Program-made: the position numbers and the translations under genes | Notes under the pieces: generated by a model | What the model saw: only the letters and a program-made list of their open reading frames with translations | What the model was told of the DNA's origin: nothing | The model's database searches: none | IMG/VR virus record: IMGVR_UViG_3300032287_003808 | Span: 67,435 to 131,434 of that record | Length of the DNA stretch: 64,000 nucleotides | Source of the DNA: a virus | Reading direction: 5' to 3' (one strand) | Shown: positions 27,626-35,618 of the stretch, in pieces | How positions within the stretch are numbered: position 1 is the stretch's first letter | Layout of the letters: each line of letters starts with the position of its first letter

Positions 27626-27967
27626 TTATAAATCTTCTAAACCATCCATCAAAGTAACATCCCAAACTGACATATCATCTTCATCTTGTTCAAAGTCACC
27701 ATTCATGTATGCATTATATAATTCAAGTGAAGTGTATGTTGTTCCACTACCATCTGCTAGAACCCAACATGCAGATCCATCTTCATCATATCCATTTACA
27801 AGATTATGCTTTAAAATCCAATCACCAAATTCAATTGCAGAAGATCTTTTTGCACTGAATATGTTTGATGCATTGAATGCCTTTTTAGAATCAGCACGTA
27901 ATCGTAACTCATTCCATTCGGTATCACTTATAGCATCAATGAGTATATCTAAAGTTTCTTTATTCAT
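27626..27967 (-). CDS. hypothetical protein
   Basis: C-terminal WDVTLMDGLED. Confidence 0.7.
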   Translation of the reverse strand: MNKETLDILIDAISDTEWNELRLRADSKKAFNASNIFSAKRSSAIEFGDWILKHNLVNGYDEDGSACWVLADGSGTTYTSLELYNAYMNGDFEQDEDDMSVWDVTLMDGLEDL

Positions 27968-28130
27968 CTTCTGTATGTGTTTTTATAGCATCAAGTAACG
28001 TTTGTAACGGGAAACGGATTGGACCATATTCTTCATCTGAACAATCAAATTCAACCATATCGTCTTCAAGTGTTAGGACTGCCTTTCTACTCCAGTTAGC
28101 TTTGCCTTCATATACTACTGTTTGTTTCAT
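27960..28130 (-). CDS. hypothetical protein
   Basis: Likely start MKQTVV. Confidence 0.6.
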   Translation of the reverse strand: MKQTVVYEGKANWSRKAVLTLEDDMVEFDCSDEEYGPIRFPLQTLLDAIKTHTEDE

Positions 28131-28524
28131 CTTCTTCATATAATCCTGATTCTTCATCTTGTTGCATCATGTCTATGATTGCTTGTTCATTTGGTTTGAT
28201 TTTAAATAGTTCATATCTGCTATTTTTTGTATCAAAGCAAATATAGTCTTCTCTTTGCTCTTGTATGCCTGTAATTGTGGTTGTTTGCCATGTAAAAAAA
28301 GCATTGAATGGAGACATTATCAATGATCGTCCTATATCTGGGGTGTCATGTTTTGCTTTAAAAAAACCATTTTCATCAAACTCAATCCATATTACCTCAG
28401 CTGATTGTTTAATTAAACCATCTCGTTCCCTTACTAGTCTCCATTTAGGTTGTTCTGGTGGTGGTAATATTTCAATTAGATCATCTAATGTTATTGGAAT
28501 TTTAACTTGATTTAACTTGCTCAT
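28108..28524 (-). CDS. hypothetical protein
   Basis: FTWQTT..F.TKNSRYEL. Confidence 0.75.
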   Translation of the reverse strand: MSKLNQVKIPITLDDLIEILPPPEQPKWRLVRERDGLIKQSAEVIWIEFDENGFFKAKHDTPDIGRSLIMSPFNAFFTWQTTTITGIQEQREDYICFDTKNSRYELFKIKPNEQAIIDMMQQDEESGLYEEDETNSSI

Positions 28525-28560
28525 AATTTCCTTTTTATAACCTTAATATATTAAAGATTT

Positions 28561-29646
28561 TTAGTTCTTCCAAACTTTTTTCATAGTACCATCATCATAA
28601 ACTTCAATATACATTCCTTGTTGAGTGTTTGGAGTACATTCTTGACCCATCATGTTAATAGTTTTAACAACTGTCTTTTGTTTTACTGAGTTGTCTACCA
28701 GAATTGGGCTATATACTTTAAATTTTCCATCGTTGTCAACCTGAGTGAGTCTATAATAATTAAATGTTGGTTCAAAATCATTATCAATAAATGTATATGT
28801 CATTATTGTTGTACTATTACCTGCAGCTGGTTTTTGCCCAACAATAGAATTCTCAGTAAAATATCCAGTTGTTGATTTTTCAACCCAATAATAAGCTGAA
28901 TTATGTTCTGAGGCTGTTTCCCAAACTAATAAGTTTCCTTTTTCAGTTGGCATTCCTTCAAATGATATTAATTCAACAGGTAAAGGGTCAATTTGGATTA
29001 ATTCAATATTATCTAACCACCATTCTTCTCCTGCGGAGTTAATACGGCAATAAAAATCTATAGCAACTGAATTCAAGTTAGCTGCTAAGTTTAAAGTATA
29101 AGTTGAAGGAGTTGATGTTGATGCTCCAGTGTTAGCTGCATAAACATCTCCTGCTGGTGCTGCTGAGTTTGTAAAGGAGCCGTTTGCTGTATGGATGACT
29201 AAGTTAGTGTTAGTGAAAGGCCACGTTGCATTTGAATTCCCAGTTATACGCATTTCAGTCACATACGTCCCACCATTTGATGATACTTGAACACTTAAAT
29301 AATCAGCTGCATCTAATCCACGTGTAGCCGCTGATGGGGAAGAGAATGTATATGATGCTACACGAAATCTAATTTGATATAATTTGTTTGGATCTAAAGT
29401 TACAGTTGGCATTGAATACCAATCTTGTTCTAATCCTGATGAGCCATTTCCTGCTCCATAAATTACTGCTGATACCGTTGGGGATACTGAGGCGTTATTA
29501 AACCATCCTGCTGTTGTCGCAGGTATAAACCATCCTGCTGTAAGGTAAGTGGGTGAAGATGTTTCCATGTTATCAAATTCGATAACTGTTTGGCTGTTTA
29601 CTATTCCCGTAAGAGCCAAAAATAAAGATAAAATTAGTTTTTTCAT
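28561..29646 (-). CDS. secreted Bacteroidota-type beta protein with PLPVEL Ig-like module
   Basis: Signal peptide MKKLILSLFLAL; PLPVELISF..W.TASEHNS..YYRLTQVDNDG; T9SS-CTD-like tail. Confidence 0.75.
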   Translation of the reverse strand: MKKLILSLFLALTGIVNSQTVIEFDNMETSSPTYLTAGWFIPATTAGWFNNASVSPTVSAVIYGAGNGSSGLEQDWYSMPTVTLDPNKLYQIRFRVASYTFSSPSAATRGLDAADYLSVQVSSNGGTYVTEMRITGNSNATWPFTNTNLVIHTANGSFTNSAAPAGDVYAANTGASTSTPSTYTLNLAANLNSVAIDFYCRINSAGEEWWLDNIELIQIDPLPVELISFEGMPTEKGNLLVWETASEHNSAYYWVEKSTTGYFTENSIVGQKPAAGNSTTIMTYTFIDNDFEPTFNYYRLTQVDNDGKFKVYSPILVDNSVKQKTVVKTINMMGQECTPNTQQGMYIEVYDDGTMKKVWKN

Positions 29647-29673
29647 AGCATTTTGTTATAAATACTATAAAGA

Positions 29674-30217
29674 TGTAGGAGTTCTTGTGACGGTTATTTT
29701 TATCCGTTAATTACTTGTTTTTTTGAACCTTCTATAGTTCCTTTTGCTACTACTTTATCAATTCGAGAATCAATATAGCTTCTTGTATCCTCGATTTCAC
29801 TTTGAAGGACTTTATAGATCTCATTTTCATGTTGATGGATATGTTCCACATCATGTTGGATTTGACGATAGATTTCTTCTTCATGTTTGTTATGTTCTTC
29901 ATTGACTTGATCAATTCGGTTTATAATGGTTCGTTCAACCATTGTAATATCACGATTTGTATCTTCAATGATACGTCGGAGATTTTCATCTTTACGATCC
30001 ATTTCTCGACATACGTCTTCGATTACTTTTCGAAGGTCAGATTCAATTGTAACACACAATTGTGTTAAAATTTCTGTTTTGCTTGTTAGTTGATTAATCT
30101 TAACCATACCTACAACAATAGCGGTTACTATTAGTAATGCTATAATCGTAAGCATACCTAAAACAAATGATGTTATTTCCATGTTTTCTAATTTTAATAT
30201 GTCAAAGAACTCCTACA
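29674..30217. repeat. inverted repeat flanking gene 29700..30182
   Basis: tgtaggagttctt-g-tgac (29674-29691) versus gtca-aagaactcctaca (30201-30217). Confidence 0.7.
29700..30182 (-). CDS. membrane-anchored coiled-coil protein
   Basis: N-terminal TM helix, heptad-rich body. Confidence 0.8.
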   Translation of the reverse strand: MEITSFVLGMLTIIALLIVTAIVVGMVKINQLTSKTEILTQLCVTIESDLRKVIEDVCREMDRKDENLRRIIEDTNRDITMVERTIINRIDQVNEEHNKHEEEIYRQIQHDVEHIHQHENEIYKVLQSEIEDTRSYIDSRIDKVVAKGTIEGSKKQVING

Positions 30218-30232
30218 CTTTTATTTTAATAT

Positions 30233-30545
30233 AAAAAACCCCTAGTAGTACTCCAAGCGTCCTTGGCACTTTCTAGGGGGTGATAGTTGGTTATAGGGTT
30301 GAGCAGTTATGATCCGTCGATCAGGTGCTGCAGCAGATCCCATTTCCCAATATCGAAAAAGACCAATAAGGCAGATCTTACGGGATGCACCACTGGTTCT
30401 TGACCTGCAAATTCTATTTACAGGGGTGGTATTCCGTAGCAAACGTATCGCTATGGGGTTCCGTTATTTTCATAACGGTGGGGTAAAAGACCTACCCTGG
30501 TACGCTCGATCGGGGACACCCCAGTCCAGAAGCGTGGTAGGTACT
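30233..30545 (-). ncRNA. ~310-nt GC-rich structured RNA of unknown class
   Basis: TATTTAT motif at 30550; hairpins with GAAA and TACG tetraloops; ends in CCCCTAG..CTAGGGG-TTTTTT. Confidence 0.6.
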
Positions 30546-30561
30546 TGTTGATAAATATCTA

Positions 30562-30589
30562 AAAAGTAGGTCACCGATGCCACCTACTG
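30562..30589 (-). terminator. terminator of the tRNA cluster
   Basis: AGTAGGT-N10-ACCTACT followed by TTTT. Confidence 0.7.
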
Positions 30590-30674
30590 TGGAGAGTTAT
30601 TTAATGTCATTTTTTCGTATCTTTCAACGTTCACGATCTCTCTTAACTGACAAACGCGAGTCGGTATTAAGGTG

Positions 30675-30748
30675 TGGACCAGCCTGGGTTCGAACCAGGG
30701 ACTTCAACATTATGAGTGTTGCACTCTAACCAACTGAGTTACAGGTCC
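30675..30748 (-). tRNA. tRNA-CAT, probably Ile2 (lysidine) rather than Met
   Basis: Cloverleaf, anticodon loop CTCATAA, C4-G69/C5-G68 TilS-type pairs. Confidence 0.85.
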
Positions 30749-30912
30749 AAATTGGTGGAGATTTGCTGGCTAACGCATGATCACCCATGCGAGCGTTTCT
30801 AATGTTTTCGGCACTCCACCGTTGCAAGTATCTCTTACCTTGCGCCACCATTCGTGCACTGCCCTACATGCCAATGGTTGTTACTGTACTACAGGACGTC
30901 AAGTAACTGCTG

Positions 30913-31035
30913 TAGTCAGGACAGGATTCGAACCTGTAATGGTTGTTAGCGGCTTTGTTGACGGGCGGTACAGCTTCCACACTGCATCTCCCAATACCAA
31001 TTCTAACTCAGCGTTTACCATTCCGCCACCTGACT
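30913..31035 (-). ncRNA. 123-nt tRNA-like RNA with expanded anticodon region
   Basis: Acceptor AGTCAGG/CCTGACT-A, D-arm GCGGAATGGTAAACGC, T-arm ACAGG-TTCGAAT-CCTGT, ~70-nt middle. Confidence 0.7.
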
Positions 31036-31039
31036 ATTT

Positions 31040-31133
31040 GAGGATGAGAAGTCCTCTGTGTTGTAAGTCGTCTATTGTAAACAATATCCTTTAGCATCTA
31101 CTCAAACAATTCCTTTCTCAAGGGAACAACACA
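31040..31133 (-). ncRNA. ~94-nt structured RNA with possible kissing loops
   Basis: TGTGTTGT/ACAACACA stem; loops TGAGAA and TTCTCA are complementary. Confidence 0.55.
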
Positions 31134-31142
31134 TTTTAAAAA

Positions 31143-31340
31143 TTAATACTCTCGGCCTTCAAATAACTTCACCAATCTGAAACTCCAACTATCAGGGAAA
31201 TCTGCTAGTCTAGAGGTAGATGGTGCTAATTTTGTTGCCTCTCTCCTTGTTTTAGCCTCTACAAACCTGTAGGGTGCTTGGTATCCATTTCTATGGATCC
31301 ATTCCACTCTCCAAAGTGGATATTGTGCTTGCGCTTTCAT
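31143..31340 (-). CDS. hypothetical protein within the RNA island
   Basis: 65-aa ORF. Confidence 0.65.
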   Translation of the reverse strand: MKAQAQYPLWRVEWIHRNGYQAPYRFVEAKTRREATKLAPSTSRLADFPDSWSFRLVKLFEGREY

Positions 31341-31399
31341 ATTGATAAATCAATATGTCAGCCGGGAGATTTGTTTTTACACATTTGTTTTAATTTTAG

Positions 31400-31483
31400 T
31401 ACTCGGGGTGGGACTCGAACCCACACAACCAGCTGGTCAACAGATCTTAAGTCTGTCGTGTCTACCAATTTCACCACCCAAGC
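31400..31483 (-). tRNA. tRNA-Leu(TAA)
   Basis: GCTTGGG acceptor, ACAGA-CTTAAGA-TCTGT, long variable arm, GGTTCGAGTCC. Confidence 0.9.
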
Positions 31484-31487
31484 AAAT

Positions 31488-31685
31488 TTACCTGTCCCCA
31501 AGCGGAATGAATACCTAATCTTGTTTTAAATGTGATTAGAGTACACAAGTAACTCAAGGAATCTTCACCATCCAATAGACATAACACGTTACTTGGTTTG
31601 TGTTAGTAAATCTCAACTCTCCCCTTGCATATAACTGTTGAGTTTATTTAATCAGGGGAATTACTTGTCTATCTTCAGCAGGTAA
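31488..31685 (-). ncRNA. ~200-nt structured RNA of unknown class
   Basis: Closing stem TTACCTG/CAGGTAA and several internal complementary pairs. Confidence 0.5.
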
Positions 31686-31688
31686 TAT

Positions 31689-31700
31689 TTTCAAAGAACG
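31689..31700 (-). promoter_or_regulatory. boxA-like antitermination element
   Basis: CGTTCTTTGAAA near the 5' end of the RNA cluster. Confidence 0.4.
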
Positions 31701-31706
31701 TTTTTG

Positions 31707-31831
31707 TAGCTCCAATGGGAATCGAACCCATCTTAATATATTTACTAAATCTACTTATGCGCACACTAAGTTTATCTTTCCAATACATATCCACTCACTG
31801 CTTTCGGAGCGACCTAAACAACTATGGAGCT
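31707..31831 (-). ncRNA. 125-nt tRNA-like RNA with non-canonical middle
   Basis: Acceptor AGCTCCA/TGGAGCT-A, T-arm ATGGG-TTCGATT-CCCAT. Confidence 0.65.
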
Positions 31832-31837
31832 ATATTT

Positions 31838-31948
31838 TTAATCTTCTAGAGGTCTACGAACTTTTGGTTTTGTTTTTTTCCCTCTGTTAATTTGAAGTAA
31901 CCAACCTTGTAATACTTCAATTTTTTGCCTATTTGATGTTTTACTCAT
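31838..31948 (-). CDS. 36-aa basic peptide
   Basis: MSKTSNRQKIEVLQGWLLQ...; promoter at ~31966. Confidence 0.55.
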   Translation of the reverse strand: MSKTSNRQKIEVLQGWLLQINRGKKTKPKVRRPLED

Positions 31949-31983
31949 AATCTTTAATTTATTTTAATATACGAAAAAATAAT

Positions 31984-32406
31984 TTATTTTCCAAGCTCCC
32001 CTTTAGATTTTTCAATCAAAAGATTATTCACTCTACCTCTTGCTTTTTCACCTAATGGTATTGGATGTCCTTCTTCATCAATATGAACAAACTTAATATG
32101 TGTTTTTAAAACAATAGCTTGATTTCCTGTATAAACGTTGTGTGCTCTTGCTTCCATATACAAGTTAATAGAGGTGTTTCCAATAGTTTGAGGCCAACCA
32201 TAAATTTTAACCAATTGGCCTTCACGAGCTGGTCTTTCAAAATTACATTGTTCAATTGATACTGTTACCATACGAGGTGTATCACATAATTGCATCGCGT
32301 AACCTGCAGCTGATGCGTCGATCCAAGCCAGGAGTTTACCTCCAAATAGATTGCCGTGAAAACCTAGATCTGATTTTTTAATCGGGTGTGAGTTAAGTAG
32401 TTCCAT
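31984..32406 (-). CDS. acyl-CoA thioesterase (HotDog fold)
   Basis: DLGFHGNLFGGKLLAWID, MVTV, FVHIDEEG.P. Confidence 0.9.
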   Translation of the reverse strand: MELLNSHPIKKSDLGFHGNLFGGKLLAWIDASAAGYAMQLCDTPRMVTVSIEQCNFERPAREGQLVKIYGWPQTIGNTSINLYMEARAHNVYTGNQAIVLKTHIKFVHIDEEGHPIPLGEKARGRVNNLLIEKSKGELGK

Positions 32407-32642
32407 TATTTAATGTTTCTAATTGAAGAAATTTTAGTTGAGCTAAATGGGTAGTAACTTAATACATAGATTTGGTTGTTGATTGTGTCTTCAACCATAA
32501 TTTCATATCCTTCTCGAGCTAATAGGCTAGTTGAAGGTTGCACAATACATTTAGGGTATTTCTTTTGAGCGTCCTTTAGACGATCCATTTGATTAACACA
32601 ACTTGTTAGTGCTAATACTGCTATTAATAATATTTTTTTCAT
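32406..32642 (-). CDS. putative lipoprotein
   Basis: MKKILLIAVLALTSC lipobox. Confidence 0.75.
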   Translation of the reverse strand: MKKILLIAVLALTSCVNQMDRLKDAQKKYPKCIVQPSTSLLAREGYEIMVEDTINNQIYVLSYYPFSSTKISSIRNIK

Positions 32643-32646
32643 AATC

Positions 32647-33270
32647 TTAATTTGATAGGGGTGCTTTAATATGTGGATGCGCTTGTATGTAATGAGTATA
32701 TATTTTGTTTATCCATTCTTTAAATTCAGAAATATTCATATTATTTTTAGCGTTATTACATTTCCAACAGCATGGAACACAATTATTTAACTCATATCCT
32801 TTACTATTATCAAATCTATCAACTCCGTTATATTTATAACTCCCTCCTTTAAAAATTTTACTACCATTTCCTTTTATCTCTTTTGATGGTTCTATCCCAC
32901 AGTAGTGACAATTGCTACTAGTTAATTTTCTAAATTCATCTTCATTTAATTTAAATTCTCTATTCATTTTTAATGCTTCTCTTTTATATCCATTATATAA
33001 ATGTTTAAAAGATGATTTATCACTTATTTTAGCTTGCCCAACTGATTTTATATGCTCTACTAACATACATCCACATGATTTTGTTGCTTTACTATTTAGG
33101 TTAGAATTTCTAACTTCAATTGTATTACCACATTCACATTGACATAACCATAGAGCAGTTCTTGTTTTAACTCCTGGGTTGTCTATATATCTACTAAATT
33201 TAAGTACTGTTAATCTCCCTGATTTCCATCCTGTTTTATCTGTTGATGGTTTTAATAATTTTGGTTTCAT
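32647..33270 (-). mobile_element. HNH homing endonuclease gene at the thyA 3' end
   Basis: GRLTV..WLCQCECG..SCGC; CHYCG..NGVDRFDNSKGY..NCVPCC..CN; ends in a ThyA-like tail. Confidence 0.85.
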
Positions 33271-33314
33271 ATTTAATATAATTTATCTGGTTATAAATAT
33301 GTACCATTTATAGA

Positions 33315-34442
33315 TTAGTTACTCAAAGTAGCACTTATTTTTGAATGAGATTGGTAGTTTTCCATTATAAAATCTTCAGGAAGCCAATACTCAGGACAAA
33401 ATTGTCCTTCAAACATATCAAAATCAGGCATTTTTAATTTAGGTAATGGATATGGTTCTCTACTAATCTGTTCTTTAGCTGCTTCTATATGGTCTGAAAG
33501 ATATAAGTGGCAATCACCCAAATTACCAATCAATTCATCCGGAACCATATTAACTTCTTTTGCAATTATTTCTAATAACAATCCGTAAGATGCAATATTG
33601 AATGGTAAACCTAAGAATGTATCCACTGAACGTTGATTCCACATTAAAGAGATTGCTCTGGTTGGAATTTTTATACCTTGAGTTGATTCAATACCTTCAT
33701 ATTGTTCTTCAATGTATTTTTCCCATTCTTGTCCATAAATGATTCTATCAGTTTCAATATCATTTATATAATTAGTTTTTTCCAATTGCCACTCTTTTTC
33801 TTCTAAACTCAACTCTCTTGTATAAACTTGAAATCCATAATGACAAGGTGGAAGTGTCATTTGATCTAATTCTCCAACATTCCAAGCATTAACCATTAAA
33901 CGTCTTGAGTCTGGATTTGTTTTAAGGTCTTTGATTAGGTTTGCGATTTGGTCTGTTACTTTAACTGCAACTTTACAATTTTCTTCTGTTACATCGTATG
34001 GTATGAATTGTTTCCATTCTCTCCATTGTTTACCATATATTGGACCTAATTCACCAAACTGATCAGCATGCCATTTATCGAGACTAATCGACTTAATCAA
34101 CTCTTCCTGTGTAAACTTTTTAGGTACATCAAACGGTGTGGTTTTGCTCATATGTTCATACCATTTTTCATATGCTTTATAGGCATCGCCATCCCAAATG
34201 TGACAATCATTATCAACAAGGAATTTAATGTTTGTATCACCACGCAGGAACCACAACAACTCTGTTGCTATAACACGGAATGGCATCTTCTTTGTTGTAA
34301 GTAAAGGAAACCCTTCTGACATCTTGTGTCGGATCTGTCTGCCAAATACTGAAAGTACTTCTCCATTTCTGGTTTGTTTTGTTACTCCGTTGTCTAAAAT
34401 ATCTTGGAGTAGGTCTGTGTATTGTTTATCTAGGTTGTTCAT
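33315..34442 (-). CDS. thyA: thymidylate synthase
   Basis: FPLLTTKK, ELLWFL, LGPIYGKQW, DSRR, LPPCH, QRSVDTFLGLPFN, DCHLY. Confidence 0.97.
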   Translation of the reverse strand: MNNLDKQYTDLLQDILDNGVTKQTRNGEVLSVFGRQIRHKMSEGFPLLTTKKMPFRVIATELLWFLRGDTNIKFLVDNDCHIWDGDAYKAYEKWYEHMSKTTPFDVPKKFTQEELIKSISLDKWHADQFGELGPIYGKQWREWKQFIPYDVTEENCKVAVKVTDQIANLIKDLKTNPDSRRLMVNAWNVGELDQMTLPPCHYGFQVYTRELSLEEKEWQLEKTNYINDIETDRIIYGQEWEKYIEEQYEGIESTQGIKIPTRAISLMWNQRSVDTFLGLPFNIASYGLLLEIIAKEVNMVPDELIGNLGDCHLYLSDHIEAAKEQISREPYPLPKLKMPDFDMFEGQFCPEYWLPEDFIMENYQSHSKISATLSN

Positions 34443-34675
34443 ATTTTTCTAAAACGATTTGCAGTGTATCTTTCTCCGTTAGGTCCACTATCTACTTTTA
34501 TAGTATCATGCCACTCACTATATGGTCGAGCATGCCATCCTCCAAATGAAAGTGATTTATAGATTACAAGTATTTCATTTGTATCTGTGTGGTTGCACAT
34601 ACAAACAATTTCGTATTGGCCACCTTTGTAGTGTTGCCATTTTTCTCCTGGTTGTGGGTAGTGTCTATTTTCCAT
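34439..34675 (-). CDS. DUF1653 family protein
   Basis: WQHYKGGQY..HTDT..VIYKSL..ARP. Confidence 0.85.
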   Translation of the reverse strand: MENRHYPQPGEKWQHYKGGQYEIVCMCNHTDTNEILVIYKSLSFGGWHARPYSEWHDTIKVDSGPNGERYTANRFRKI

Positions 34676-34770
34676 ATCTTATCCAAACATTAGCCATCCT
34701 AAAGTAATCCCTGCAAGTATTCCTACCATAGTACCAATAAGGTACCATTTTTCATTAAAGTCTTTAAATT

Positions 34771-35004
34771 TCATTTAAAATATATTGTGTCAATAATTAC
34801 GTTTTTAATAGTTGCACTTTCAGAGCATTGATTGTCATAATTGACATGTTCTGTTACAATTGTGACTGTGTCTTTTCCTGTAATGTATCCATATGCGTCA
34901 CAATCTGTTTTAGATGATTTGCAGCTAGTTAATACTAAAAAATAACATATAATTAAAATAAGTGTTAAAAGTAAAATAAGTAAGTCGTGTGTTTTATTTT
35001 CCAT
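34771..35004 (-). CDS. putative lipoprotein
   Basis: LVLTSC lipobox; CDAY. Confidence 0.65.
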   Translation of the reverse strand: MENKTHDLLILLLTLILIICYFLVLTSCKSSKTDCDAYGYITGKDTVTIVTEHVNYDNQCSESATIKNVIIDTIYFK

Positions 35005-35019
35005 GATTTTAAATTTATA

Positions 35020-35334
35020 TTATTGTTCTAAAAATATTACGGCGCTGGTTCCTAAAATCATCCCTACAATTTGGGTTGTAGTTAGGGGTTCTTTATAGTA
35101 TAACCAACTTACCAAGGTTAAAAATATTACATTTGAAAGAGAAAATATTAGACTTGCTATTGCTATATTTTTTGTTTTAAAACTAAAAGCTAAACAAACT
35201 AAACCTATAATCCATACTCCCATTCCTATAAGAAATGTAGATCCATCATTGTTTAGAGACCATTGTTTCATAAAAATATCTCCAATAGTTAAAATTAGAC
35301 CTCCAATTAAAACTAGAATTAACCCTATATTCAT
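35020..35334 (-). CDS. SMR/DMT family membrane protein
   Basis: 4 TM segments, YYKEPLT..QIVG. Confidence 0.75.
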   Translation of the reverse strand: MNIGLILVLIGGLILTIGDIFMKQWSLNNDGSTFLIGMGVWIIGLVCLAFSFKTKNIAIASLIFSLSNVIFLTLVSWLYYKEPLTTTQIVGMILGTSAVIFLEQ

Positions 35335-35579
35335 TTGATTAAATGTTTCTCTAATATGTTAAGAAGATTTTGGACTTCCTCAAACTTGTAAAAACGGATT
35401 GGTTCTTGTGTGTTAAACACATCTACATACCATTGTCCATCTTCACCAAGCTCATCACTTCCGCTTGAGATAAAAGACATTCCATTTGTAATTTCATAAG
35501 AATAATAATGATGATCTCCATCCCAATCACTATACTCTTCTCGTTCAAAATTCAATAACTGTACTTCTTTTTCTGTCAT
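35331..35579 (-). CDS. hypothetical protein
   Basis: Own promoter. Confidence 0.75.
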   Translation of the reverse strand: MTEKEVQLLNFEREEYSDWDGDHHYYSYEITNGMSFISSGSDELGEDGQWYVDVFNTQEPIRFYKFEEVQNLLNILEKHLIK

Positions 35580-35618
35580 AACTTTTTTTTTAAATATATA
35601 AAACTATTTCTAAAATAT

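Noticed and set aside
30233-30545. RNase P RNA or tmRNA identity for the 310-nt RNA
   Set aside because: Lacks the GAGGAAAGUCC P4 motif and tRNA-like ends
30242-31094. ORFs 30242..30442, 30309..30551 and 30777..31094
   Set aside because: They overlap structured RNAs and have atypical composition
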